Of a stretch of 64,000 nt of DNA, positions 37,775 through 47,394 are shown one piece after another. The stretch covers positions 4,066,151-4,130,150 of the forward strand of contig OZ253559.1 in the NCBI GenBank assembly GCA_965262785.1, written 5' to 3'. Each line of letters opens with the position of its first letter. Within the stretch, counting starts at the first letter, position 1. The DNA comes from Rhodothermales bacterium. Its GTDB lineage: Bacteria; Bacteroidota; Rhodothermia; Rhodothermales; Bin80. A model generated the notes under the pieces. The model was not told where the DNA came from, made no database searches, and saw nothing but the letters and a program-made list of their open reading frames with translations. Both the position numbers and the translations under genes were made by a program.

Positions 37775-39113
37775 ATGTCCGACGAGCAGAAGAGCGCTGG
37801 GCACGATTCCCTGCGCACGGAGCTGAAGCTATTCCACGCGCTGCTGACACAGCGGGAGGATATGCAGGCATGCACCTACCCCGTTGCTATTGCACGCGAC
37901 GCACTCGCCGAGCAGGAGTTGCTGTACGCTGGCGCGCGTCATGCATTACCCCGAGCTCGAGTGGCGGAGGATTAGCGCGGTTTTCGAGTCGGGACGACGC
38001 ACGGAGGCATCACGGTAGCCCCCGGGTTTCCCCGGGGGCCCCGCACAGATCCGGACGTGCGCGTTAACGCATCCGGCTCCTCCCTTGGGTCGCGCCGTCG
38101 CGCATGACGTTAGCAGGTCGGCAAATCGACCCGCAGCCGTAACCGATCCGTCCCCTGTGACACGCAGTATCCGACGCTGTGTCCGGTACGTGTGAAACTT
38201 CACGATTTCCCCTTGAGTGCGACGCTTCGCTCCACTGACTCCGCCACGAGGGCACCCCCGCTTTGTTCGCCGGCTTCATAGCTTGTATCGCCGCATCTGA
38301 CTTCTCTCCACCGTACGTCCTCCGATCAGCATTTAGCCTACGCTTTGGCGACCTTCCCCAAAGGGATAGGTAGTGGAGAGACCTCCCAGGTCCCGACAGG
38401 ATATTTGCGTGCGTCCATGGGGTCTCGGACACCGTGGGCCTGTCCGCCCTCTCACCATAGCGAGGACGTACATGTTGCCTTCGACATAGAGGAAAACCTC
38501 GGCGACCCAGATAATGTCTCTTTCGGTGCTCAATGTCCCTGGCCACACGTACCGCTACCGACGCTTCGCGCCCACCCTCACGGATGGCCACGCACGGCTC
38601 GCGGAGATATGTACCTGGTTTAAGCTTCATAACACGGGACTTTCACCCGCTATATCCTGCCAGTTAGCCTGGCGCACCCTCCGGATCCTTCGGGACCGCC
38701 TGCGCGGGGCAGGCTGGCGTTACGCCAGAAAGACAGACCGCGAGGATCTTATAAGTCACGCGTGGGAGACCGCGATGCGCTGGCACCTCCAGGCCCTCAG
38801 CCTGCCGGCCACGGCGGACCTGGACACACTGGATGAGGCCTGCCGGACGGCCGATACCCAGCTGCGTGGCCGGCAGGAAAAGCTCGGTCGGAACCTGCTG
38901 GCCCTCCGCCTGACCGGTGGCCAGCCTGCCGGGGAGCGCGACCCGCTTGCCGCACCATTACTGGAGCACGCGGTGCACCTCGATGCGCGGCTGCGCCACG
39001 TCCCACCCAGTATGCGGCGGGCGCTTGTGGCCGACCTGCCAGCTGGGCTCCTGCCCAAGCTCGTCCAGGCACGCGAACTTGAGCGCGACCGCGAGCTGGA
39101 GCCCGCGCGGTGA
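37775..39113 (+). pseudogene. Hypothetical gene split by antisense group II intron (plus frameshift ~37948); paralog of downstream gene
   Basis: Removing 38009-38677 gives EWRRISAVFESGRRTEA|LRILRDRL, aligning with EWRRIAARF.. of 39148-39873. Confidence 0.7.
38009..38677 (-). ncRNA. ORF-less group II intron (669 nt)
   Basis: 5' GTGCG, GGGTGAAAGTCCC in DI, domain V GAGCCGGATGCGTTAACGCGCACGTCCGGATC, DVI hairpin, 3' ..CTACCGTGAT; no RT ORF. Confidence 0.9.
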
Positions 39114-39147
39114 CCTTATTGGGCGTATTTCAGACCGTACGGGGTAT

Positions 39148-39873
39148 ATGACCGCGACCATGTTCGACGCAATTCCTCTGGCCGCAGTAAGACTGAGTGC
39201 CGAGATAAACGCACTCCATGACCTGGTGGGGCTCCAAGAGACGATGGTCCTGCGTACGCACATGGCGAGCATCGTGGGCGAGGAGCTGCGGGCGTGGGAC
39301 AGGGCCGCAGCGGACGCCCGTAGCGGCGGCGCCGTCTTCAGGGGGGCGCTGGAACGGGTGATGCGGCGGCCATCGTACGAATGGCGACGCATCGCGGCCC
39401 GCTTCACCACGGATGGGGAGAGGGTGGGTATGGCCTTCGTGGAGGAGCGGCTGGAGGGTGACGACTGTCGTTACGCCAGGACGGGTGCCAGCCCTGGCGT
39501 CGTCGGTCACGCCTTCGCGGCCGCAAGCCGCTGGCGCGCGCTCGTACGGGCCCTCCCTTCGGAGGACGACGTGGAGCGGAAAGAGAGCGTCCACCACGCC
39601 CTGTGTGACCAGGTGGCACAGGTACTCGCGGACATCCGCGACCACCCCCTGACCGAGAAGCTGCTGGGGCCTGTGGCCGAGCGGACAGAAGGGGGTGCGG
39701 ACCCGCTACCGGCAGAGGTGCTGGAGCACGCCGAGTCGCTCAGCATATGGCTCGATCGCCTCCTGCCCGCGGAGCGGCAGGCTGTGGTCGACGCTGCTCC
39801 CCCCACTACACTGGCCAGGCTCTACCACGCGCGCCAGGTTCTGCTGGCGATGGACGAGCGGCTAGGACGCTGA
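39148..39873 (+). CDS. Hypothetical helical protein (tandem paralog of intron-split gene)
   Basis: Shared EWRRI, RYAR, HA..A.RW, DPL..LEHA motifs with upstream gene. Confidence 0.6.
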   Translation: MTATMFDAIPLAAVRLSAEINALHDLVGLQETMVLRTHMASIVGEELRAWDRAAADARSGGAVFRGALERVMRRPSYEWRRIAARFTTDGERVGMAFVEERLEGDDCRYARTGASPGVVGHAFAAASRWRALVRALPSEDDVERKESVHHALCDQVAQVLADIRDHPLTEKLLGPVAERTEGGADPLPAEVLEHAESLSIWLDRLLPAERQAVVDAAPPTTLARLYHARQVLLAMDERLGR

Positions 39874-40038
39874 CCGGGGGCGGTGACCATGGATGTATCC
39901 ACCACGCAGGCCTTAACATCCTTCGAGGTCCTCAGAATCGCCGCAAATGGTGTCCGATCGGGTATTTACCCGACTTAGGCCGATTCTCGCGCCCATTTCG
40001 GCCCGTTGAAGGCTAAAATGGTGGGCCATATCGGGCAT

Positions 40039-40710
40039 TTACGCCAGAACCTCGAAATCCTCAAGGCGGCAGGCCGTGGACCCGACGGGGCGGAGATGCC
40101 TGGACATGGCGTTGTCGCCGAGCTTCCACCGCAGCTCGAAGAGAAAGCGCGGGATGCTTTCCGCTATTCCGAGCTTCGTCTTTATCTCCGTGAGCGGCAC
40201 TGCGCGGCCGTGACGATGGGCGAGATACTGTAGCATCCCGCTCTCCTCGGCTGACAGCTGGATCGATGCGGCGTCCGCACCTGTGGCTGCGTGGGTGCCG
40301 AAGTCGATCGACAGGGCGCCCAGGCGGATGCGGGTAGCCTTTGCCGGCTCGCGCCTGCGCTCGTAACGCAGGCCGCGCACCATGGAGAGCAGTTTCGCGC
40401 CGCGTAGCGGCTTGCTGATGGCACCGCGAGGCGGGGCCTGCTGCCCGTTTTCTCCGGGGGCGGGGTACAACCAGGACGAGGGCGAGGTCGAGACCCTGCG
40501 CCTTTGTCCGGCGCACGGGGCGGGGTCAAGAAGACGTTCATACGCCTCCTGTCCGTCGTGACACACGGTGACATCATACCCGGCGTTCTTGAGGTGCCCG
40601 GCGGTCAGCGCCGCATCAAACCACAGGCGGTCCGCCACTAAGGCGGCGCGTCGTTTTCTGATCATGGTGGTGGTGGGTGGGGTGGAGCCGTAAGTGAGTG
40701 ATCGGCGCAA
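40039..40710 (-). pseudogene. Degenerate OmpR-like response regulator (REC + winged helix)
   Basis: HLKNAGYDVTVCHDGQEA, KP, IRLGALSIDF, QLSAEE..L.YL..GRAV, LR.KLG; phospho-acceptor region scrambled. Confidence 0.6.
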
Positions 40711-40871
40711 GCCACAATATAGGCACGGGCGCGGCGGTGGCGGGGGTGGCGGCCTGCATACGGCCGTACTGCGGCGTTACGGGCAGTTGCGGGGCGCGAT
40801 CGCGCCTCAGCTGATGCCCGGAGCGGTGCCTGGCTCTCCGGAGTTGCGCTTCGTTCTGTCCATGCGCGCCT

Positions 40872-41150
40872 TCACTCCGGGCTGTAGGGGCCAAGAAAGC
40901 GGTTGCCGTCTAAATGGATGAGGTGCGTCGGTGCATCAGCGCACCACACCTCTGTTTCCCAGGAGATCGCGCTCAGATGCCTGGCCATCGTTCTGCTGTC
41001 CGGGAAGGCGGTGACACACACGATACCCGGGTCGGCATTTGCGAACACAACGGCCACCCCGTTGCGCCGCTTGGCGTCAACGGGACCATGGGACGTAACG
41101 CTCTCGATGAGGAGCAGTCAGCTCTTTTGCCGAAGTGCAGGACTACGGCC
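40872..41150 (-). pseudogene. Duplicated 3' fragment of BsuBI/PstI-type endonuclease gene
   Basis: ESVTSHGPVDAKRR..VTAFPD..ISWETEVWCADAPTHLIH; direct repeat of ~43435-43712. Confidence 0.85.
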
Positions 41151-41254
41151 GACCACGAGTCACATTCACCGATCTTTGAGTGCCTCACACCAGTACCCGC
41201 CAACTCAGCGCAAACCAGAGGACTAAGCACGACAAGCTCCTAGACTTCACGGAT

Positions 41255-42226
41255 TCAATTGACAAATAAAGCATTCCTAAAGGTGGCGGGATCACAAGTC
41301 TGGGGAAGCACAATCTCTGACGGAATCAGCACCTTCGCCGAAACGCTCTCGTCTGTTAGAAGTCGCTGCATCCGGTCTTGCTCGGCTGTGAAGAGATACT
41401 GTACCACTGTTCCGTACGGAGACAAATTCGCCATTTGATATCCGCCTCGACGTGCCTTATCGTCTCTGATGATGTTCTCCAGGTGGGAAATATCAAGATT
41501 GAGCAGCGTGAGCAAAGTGATAATATTTTCCGCTAATCGACGCACATCGTGAGGCAATTCGTCCTGGCTCCATTGGGACTTCAGCAGGTCAATTCCGGCC
41601 TTGATCCTCTTGGTTCGCAGATCCTCTTTCGCAAGGACGCTGGACTCAGCAAGCATATTGGCTTCCTGAATGGACAATTCAGCGTGCTCGAGCATCGCCT
41701 TGAGTTGGAACGCAATTCGCTGCTTGCCCCAATCCACCTCATTACTCTTGTACACAAGATCGTGGGTCGCTATCGCCCAGGCATGCTGAAGAAACGTCTT
41801 GATTTGTACTTCGAAAACGATTCCAGACAAATCCGTAGGCGGCATAGTGTAATCGTCGCGAACAGTGACATACAGACGCAAATCGTCGAACGGAAACGCA
41901 TCGGGTGCCTTGTCGGTGGATTTCTTTGCCTTCGGCCTGCGCCTACTCAACGTGAAGTTATCGCAAATCAGTTTTTCCGCCTGGTTCAGTTCAGATGCAT
42001 TCGCAACAACGATCGTGCAGGCAAAGAAGTCCTCAAGGGCCGCTGGTTGTTTGAATCGACCCGTTTCGATCTTGAGAGCAAAGCTGACCGACTCCTTAAC
42101 GCGGCTTTCGTAGTGCCACCGCCGGCGCTTAAGGCCCAGGATTCGCTTGTCGACCTTTTCTTTTAGCCGCTTGTTCTTGTCCTTCTGGTCTTCGTAGATG
42201 CGGCTGATTGAACGCGCGATCTTCAT
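41255..42226 (-). CDS. RelA/SpoT-like (small alarmone synthetase fold) nucleotidyltransferase
   Basis: SRVK..S..K, LEDFFACTIVV, FEVQIKTFLQHAWA..THDLVYK. Confidence 0.8.
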   Translation of the reverse strand: MKIARSISRIYEDQKDKNKRLKEKVDKRILGLKRRRWHYESRVKESVSFALKIETGRFKQPAALEDFFACTIVVANASELNQAEKLICDNFTLSRRRPKAKKSTDKAPDAFPFDDLRLYVTVRDDYTMPPTDLSGIVFEVQIKTFLQHAWAIATHDLVYKSNEVDWGKQRIAFQLKAMLEHAELSIQEANMLAESSVLAKEDLRTKRIKAGIDLLKSQWSQDELPHDVRRLAENIITLLTLLNLDISHLENIIRDDKARRGGYQMANLSPYGTVVQYLFTAEQDRMQRLLTDESVSAKVLIPSEIVLPQTCDPATFRNALFVN

Positions 42227-42230
42227 TCTT

Positions 42231-43289
42231 CTAGTCGCTCAAGATCGCCGCTTTCAATGCTTCATAGCGCTTTTTACGCGGGGCCAGGTCGGTGCTGGCA
42301 CCCCGTGAGTTGTGGTAGTAGGTCGAAGGCAGAGAGTAGTTGTCCTTGTTTCGTAGAAACGCTTCCGGGTCTGGCTGCTTACGGAGCAACTGAACCTTGC
42401 CAATAAAAGCCGTATACCGCTGCGCTAACTGTTTCGGACGTATAGGACGGTCCGACAGACCGACCAATGCCCACAGGGTGTAGAAGTCACCGAATCCCTT
42501 CGCGTAGTCCGAGATGGCTCCATCAGAGTTCATTTCGACCACAAGACTTCTGATCTTGGAAAATCGCTGATTAAACTCGTCTACATCCAGCGTTGGAACC
42601 GTATCGACGTGGTCATCATACCTTGCGTAGAGATTGTCGATTGCATCTTGGTTAAAACCAGTCATTTCGTTCTCTAACACAACAAACATCAGTTCAGAGA
42701 TGAACTGTACGTCGAGCATGCGCTTGGCACGAGACGTCGTCACTATACCCAAATCGCACCACTCTTGATGGCCAGCTTCGGCCTCTGCCTGAGTGATAAA
42801 CCATCCGTCAAACTTCGCATGGCGTAATTCCTGTCGAGTAAGCTTTCTGACATTCCGATTCAGACGTTCAAATACCGAGTTTACGACTGACCCATCTGCA
42901 ACGTCGATCATCTCGACTGTGATCTGGTAATTCCAGAAGCTTTGCTTGAGGCGCGGCTCACCTTGGAGCTGGCTCCATTTCTTTCCGTCTAGTCGCAGGT
43001 CTCCGTAGTCCTGTGACATGCGCAGTTTGTCATAGAGGAAATTCAATATTGTCTGGGTCCTTTGCTTTCCGTCGACGACATGGTAGGTTGACTTTCCGTC
43101 ATCTGCTATCGTCTTGTGGAGAAAAATAGCGGGGCTAGGGTAGTCACGAAAAATTGTGTCTAGGAAAAATTGCTGGTCGCGGCGCGTCCAGACGCTGCGC
43201 CTCTGGTAAGGCGGGTCCAGATCCAGCTGGCCATTTCGGTACAGATCAACCAGCCAACTTAGGTCCTGCGTAGATGGGCGCCGCTGCAT
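42231..43289 (-). CDS. DUF262 (GmrS/ParB-like) domain protein
   Basis: PPYQRRSVW, VVDGKQR, VFERLN motifs. Confidence 0.88.
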   Translation of the reverse strand: MQRRPSTQDLSWLVDLYRNGQLDLDPPYQRRSVWTRRDQQFFLDTIFRDYPSPAIFLHKTIADDGKSTYHVVDGKQRTQTILNFLYDKLRMSQDYGDLRLDGKKWSQLQGEPRLKQSFWNYQITVEMIDVADGSVVNSVFERLNRNVRKLTRQELRHAKFDGWFITQAEAEAGHQEWCDLGIVTTSRAKRMLDVQFISELMFVVLENEMTGFNQDAIDNLYARYDDHVDTVPTLDVDEFNQRFSKIRSLVVEMNSDGAISDYAKGFGDFYTLWALVGLSDRPIRPKQLAQRYTAFIGKVQLLRKQPDPEAFLRNKDNYSLPSTYYHNSRGASTDLAPRKKRYEALKAAILSD

Positions 43290-43434
43290 TTTGACCTCCT
43301 ATGCTTCGAATGTCTCGTAGGGACCGAGGAAGTGGAGTGTATCCTTCAACAACATACTCTTTTTTACAAGACACGTTACGGCGACCTGCACCTAGGCCTT
43401 GGGAACCCTTCCGGTGCAGTACGGCCAGTAGCCG

Positions 43435-46029
43435 TCATTCCCGTCCATAAGGACCAAGGAAGCGTGTGCCGTCGAAATGGATGAGGTGCGTAGGTGCATC
43501 CGCACACCACACCTCTGTTTCCCAGGAGATCGCCCCCAGATATCTTGCCATCGTTCTGCGGTCGGGAAAGGCGGTGACATACACGACGCCGGGGGTGGCA
43601 CCTGCGAACACGGCGGCCAACTCGTTGCGCCGCTTGGCGTCAACGGGACCATGGGACGTAACGCTCTCGACGAGGAGCAGCCAGTTCCTTGCGCCGAAGT
43701 ACAGGACTACGTCCGGCATCTTTCCGTGGGGGTCCATCACAACGCCGAACTCCGCGAGCCTCTGCTCCTGGAGATGGCCAACCCTGTTCCCTGTGTCGCC
43801 GACATAGAGCACCTCTGCTCCCGGCGCAAAGCGTGCGGCGAATTCGGTGATGACCTGCCGTATAAGGACGCTATGGTCCCCGGGCGCCAGGTTGATCTGC
43901 CTCCCGCCGGGAATATCGACGGCTATCATCTGCATCGAGCGCGCCCGGGCCCATTTGCCGGCCAGCGTCCCGTGGCGCTCCAGATAGGCTTCCAAGCTAT
44001 CCTGCCACCCGCCTGTACCATACGCCGCGATCACCTTGTAGACCTCCTCGCTGACCTGGTAGCACGTACGAGGACTGTTAGTCGGCCGGTCGGGCTGGTC
44101 CGGGTTCTGCACGGCAATCCCCGCCTCGACGAACTGGTGCATTGTCTGGCGGCGGAAGGTTTCGCGCGTATTGGGGGCGTACTCCCTGCCGTAGTGGTCA
44201 CGGCAGAAGTCCATGATCGGCGTGATGCCCATCAGGGGACGGGATGCGCTGTCCCACGCAGCGCGGGGGGTCAGGGCAAGCAACGCCAGTAAGGTGAGCG
44301 CCGAGCGCTCGTTCTGCTGGCCGGGCGGCATACCCAGTGCCTTCACAATTAAGCGCGCATGGTCGATCCGTTCCTGCGCAGGTAGTGGATTCTCCTTATC
44401 GGTCATTTGGGCGCTCTCGTGTTCCATGAGACTGTCGATTTCCGGCTGGGTGAGCCGAGCTCCTTGCGCCTTTCTCCCGAGACGCTCAAGGACTGCCCGG
44501 TCCGGATAATTGAGGGACCGGAGATCCGTGGCATTGACCTGCGTGTGGCCGCTGAACTGGCGAAAGTAGCGGTCCACCAAACTGCTGTTCAGGTAGACAC
44601 TTAGGCCCGTGGCTACCAATTCAGGCAGACCCCTGTGGTTGGCATGATAGACGTTCAGGTGATTCTCGAAGCCGATCAGTTCTCCGGGCAGCTCTGGCGG
44701 GCAGACAGACGCCACCACGCGCCTCTTCTCCTCCTTTGCCGAAAACCTGCGTGTTACCACAAAGTGCCCTTCATTCGGGTAGAGCCACTTCCGGGTGGAC
44801 GCGTTCACGGTGATAGCGTTCGGCTTCTTCATCTTCTTTGGCCACTCTAGGCGCCCGCCCTGAAAGTGGGCAGGGTACAGAAGCGGGGCGGCACCCTCTT
44901 CTGGCCACGCTCGAAGATCCTTGCGTAGCCGGAAGTCTACGACGGGACCGGTTGACACCTGAACGCCCAAGTCGCCTAGTGACGTCTTGAAATGCGCCAT
45001 GCGATCCATGATGGCTTGCTCCAGGCTATTCACCGCGAGGTGGACGACGCTACGAGGGTCTTCCGGGCGGATGATCGACCGGTACTCAACCACCCGCTGT
45101 GTCAGGTCCTCGGCGGTACATTCTCCGGAGCGCGCATCGAAGCGGAAATCGGCATCCTGGCTTGTCGTCACCGTCACCACTGATGGTACGCCAGCGCGGA
45201 CGGCATGCAGTATGACATTCTCTTGCAGCACGTCGTCACCCTCGAAGGCCGCGTCACGCCTGGTGAAGACGTGGATGTGCCGGAGTGCCATCATCCGCAG
45301 GAACTTGTCCCTGAAATCCCGAAAGTAGGGGCCATTGCAGAACGATCGTGGCACAATGGCCACCATTTCGCCGGCAGGCTGGAGCTGCTTCGCGGCCAGG
45401 AAAAGAAAGCCCGTGTAGAGGTTCGATGTCTCCAGACCAGCGGAGCGGAGAGCGGCGCGGTGCGGGTGCGCGGAATGAATCTTCCTGTACGGCGGATTCA
45501 TTATGACGTGAGTAAACGACGGCCTCGCTTCCTGCCTTAGTAGAGAGTGATGGTCTTTCCGGGGCGGCTTTGCGCACGCCTCGATGAAGTCCTTCGCGTG
45601 GATGCTGGTGGTTATATCCAAGTGCGCCGACGCGCCCCAGTTCCGCGCCTCATCGAGCACCATGGTCAGATAGTCGATCAGGGCTGGTTCGATTTCGTAG
45701 CAATGCAGGGCGGCAGACCTGGTCTTGGACGCAGCGCGCGCGCAGCGCTCGGCAAAAGCAGATGTCAGGGACCCCACCCCCGCCCCGGGATCCAGCACGC
45801 GCACATCCCCGGATACATCGCTGAACAAACTGGCCATAAACCGGCTGATGGGGGTCGGCGTCATGTACTGCCCCAGCCTGCCGCGCACCTTCGGATCCAG
45901 CTTCTTGGCAGCATCTATCCTGTAGAAGTCAGCGGTGTCAGCCAAGGCTGACTGCATCCCTCGGTGATGGGGGTAGACACTCACTCCTTCCGTGCTTTGT
46001 GCAGCGTGGCGTTTAACGACTCGCGCCAC
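43435..46029 (-). CDS. Fused N6-adenine methyltransferase + BsuBI/PstI-family restriction endonuclease
   Basis: GQYMTP, LDPGAGVG, NPPY; YAPNTRETFRRQTMHQF, KMPDVV, ESVTSHGP; true start probably 45957-45980. Confidence 0.9.
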   Translation of the reverse strand: MARVVKRHAAQSTEGVSVYPHHRGMQSALADTADFYRIDAAKKLDPKVRGRLGQYMTPTPISRFMASLFSDVSGDVRVLDPGAGVGSLTSAFAERCARAASKTRSAALHCYEIEPALIDYLTMVLDEARNWGASAHLDITTSIHAKDFIEACAKPPRKDHHSLLRQEARPSFTHVIMNPPYRKIHSAHPHRAALRSAGLETSNLYTGFLFLAAKQLQPAGEMVAIVPRSFCNGPYFRDFRDKFLRMMALRHIHVFTRRDAAFEGDDVLQENVILHAVRAGVPSVVTVTTSQDADFRFDARSGECTAEDLTQRVVEYRSIIRPEDPRSVVHLAVNSLEQAIMDRMAHFKTSLGDLGVQVSTGPVVDFRLRKDLRAWPEEGAAPLLYPAHFQGGRLEWPKKMKKPNAITVNASTRKWLYPNEGHFVVTRRFSAKEEKRRVVASVCPPELPGELIGFENHLNVYHANHRGLPELVATGLSVYLNSSLVDRYFRQFSGHTQVNATDLRSLNYPDRAVLERLGRKAQGARLTQPEIDSLMEHESAQMTDKENPLPAQERIDHARLIVKALGMPPGQQNERSALTLLALLALTPRAAWDSASRPLMGITPIMDFCRDHYGREYAPNTRETFRRQTMHQFVEAGIAVQNPDQPDRPTNSPRTCYQVSEEVYKVIAAYGTGGWQDSLEAYLERHGTLAGKWARARSMQMIAVDIPGGRQINLAPGDHSVLIRQVITEFAARFAPGAEVLYVGDTGNRVGHLQEQRLAEFGVVMDPHGKMPDVVLYFGARNWLLLVESVTSHGPVDAKRRNELAAVFAGATPGVVYVTAFPDRRTMARYLGAISWETEVWCADAPTHLIHFDGTRFLGPYGRE

Positions 46030-46691
46030 GCTGCATAGTCATACCAGCCGCAACCTACGCAGCCGCGCGGGTCCTTCTTGTCCCCCGGCTCCCACAGCGG
46101 GCCGGCGGCGTAGAAGTACTCGACCCCTGTGGGGGTCCCGCGCTGACCGCTCTCGAAGCACCGCGCGCAGGCCTGGCGTTTCAGTTGACTGTTGCCGCTG
46201 GCTGATCTTGTGAGTAACTGGAACCGGGCGCGGATATCCTGGTCCGACAGGTCGCTGTAGTCAGCTTGCCTCGCTGCCTCCTCCGGGCTCCACCGCATCG
46301 CGGGCAGCTTATGGTGCGGCGCCAGCTGGTTGGGGTGCCGGACTGCCCGGCTCATCACGTCTCTTTCCCCAAGCAGCTTGATGATCCTGATAGCCACGCG
46401 TGGCGGTATGGTCACGCTGGACGTGGTGGGGGCGAAGGACCGCCTCCACTTGTCCTGCCTTGTCACGCGGTCGCATTGGGCGCAGCTCCTCCACCTGCTG
46501 GCTATATGCACGCCCGGTCTGCTCTTGGTGCCCGTGCGTAAAAACTGCACGCAACCGGCTATATCCACTAAGCCTGTGTGCGTGTACTCGCATTGCCGGC
46601 AGTGCCAATGGCCGTCCTCAAGTACGCGGAACGCCAGGAGCGTCTTTCGGCTTTGCGGTCTGAACGTGGCCTTGTATTGGTCTGCCGTCAT
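45981..46691 (-). CDS. Cys-rich putative HNH-type nuclease
   Basis: HWHCRQC, CAQC, HHKLP..RW, FQLL, CARC, GCVGCGWYD; ORF-track N-terminus (46692-46727) derives from IS1595. Confidence 0.55.
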   Translation of the reverse strand: MTADQYKATFRPQSRKTLLAFRVLEDGHWHCRQCEYTHTGLVDIAGCVQFLRTGTKSRPGVHIASRWRSCAQCDRVTRQDKWRRSFAPTTSSVTIPPRVAIRIIKLLGERDVMSRAVRHPNQLAPHHKLPAMRWSPEEAARQADYSDLSDQDIRARFQLLTRSASGNSQLKRQACARCFESGQRGTPTGVEYFYAAGPLWEPGDKKDPRGCVGCGWYDYAAWRESLNATLHKARKE

Positions 46692-46699
46692 GTCAGCTC

Positions 46700-47040
46700 T
46701 GGTCCCTGCTGCCGCAACGTCAGTCACGAACTCCTGTAATGTCGCAGCATCCGTACGGTCAACGACTTGCGCGGCAACCCTGCCAGTGGCGCGGTCCTTC
46801 GCGCCTTCTTCTACTCATGCGTGTCCATGCGAAACGCTTCGCGGATACGCTGGAGCATGAAACACACTGTCGGCTGACTCATGCTGGACACACCCTTCAG
46901 GTTGGTTGACTCAATGTAAACGGCCCACGCCCACATTAGCAAGGGCTTGTTGGAAGCCGCCAGCACGGTCCTGTGCGCACCCCTATACACGTCCTGTAAA
47001 CCCGCACCTTTCGGGGGCAGGCGACTGCCCGTGTACGGTA
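46700..47040 (-). pseudogene. IS1595-family transposase remnant
   Basis: W.WAVY..TNLKGVSSM, FMLQRIREA, GAKDRATGRVAAQVVDRTDAATLQEFV. Confidence 0.75.
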
Positions 47041-47394
47041 CCCCTACGGCGCTCCTACCCATGCCCGCTACTACTACTGCTGCGTGGCGGAAGGCATCAG
47101 GTACAAATAGAGGGTGCCAGATGGCACAAAAAGCTGATAAATTGACCCACGCTGAAGTTCAGTGTGAATGACAGCCCTATCAAGACAGCTAAACTCAGAA
47201 TTATCCATCGTACACACGTTTTGATCGGTTCAGGCAAGGGGTCGAATATGTACCTGATGAGTAAGCGTGCGGTCAACTGCATCTTGCGTGGAGGCATAGT
47301 CAGGTCAGAACTTGTGGTCCACACTTAAGGACTCAAAAACGACCTATGCGTAAGCCAAGACGTACGGAGGAGGAGATGTTTCCGCACGCTTACG

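Noticed and set aside
37946-38630. ORFs 38064-38630 and 37946-38203 as proteins, or a retron/DGR
   Set aside because: They run through intron RNA domains; no RT (YADD) motif was seen anywhere in the window
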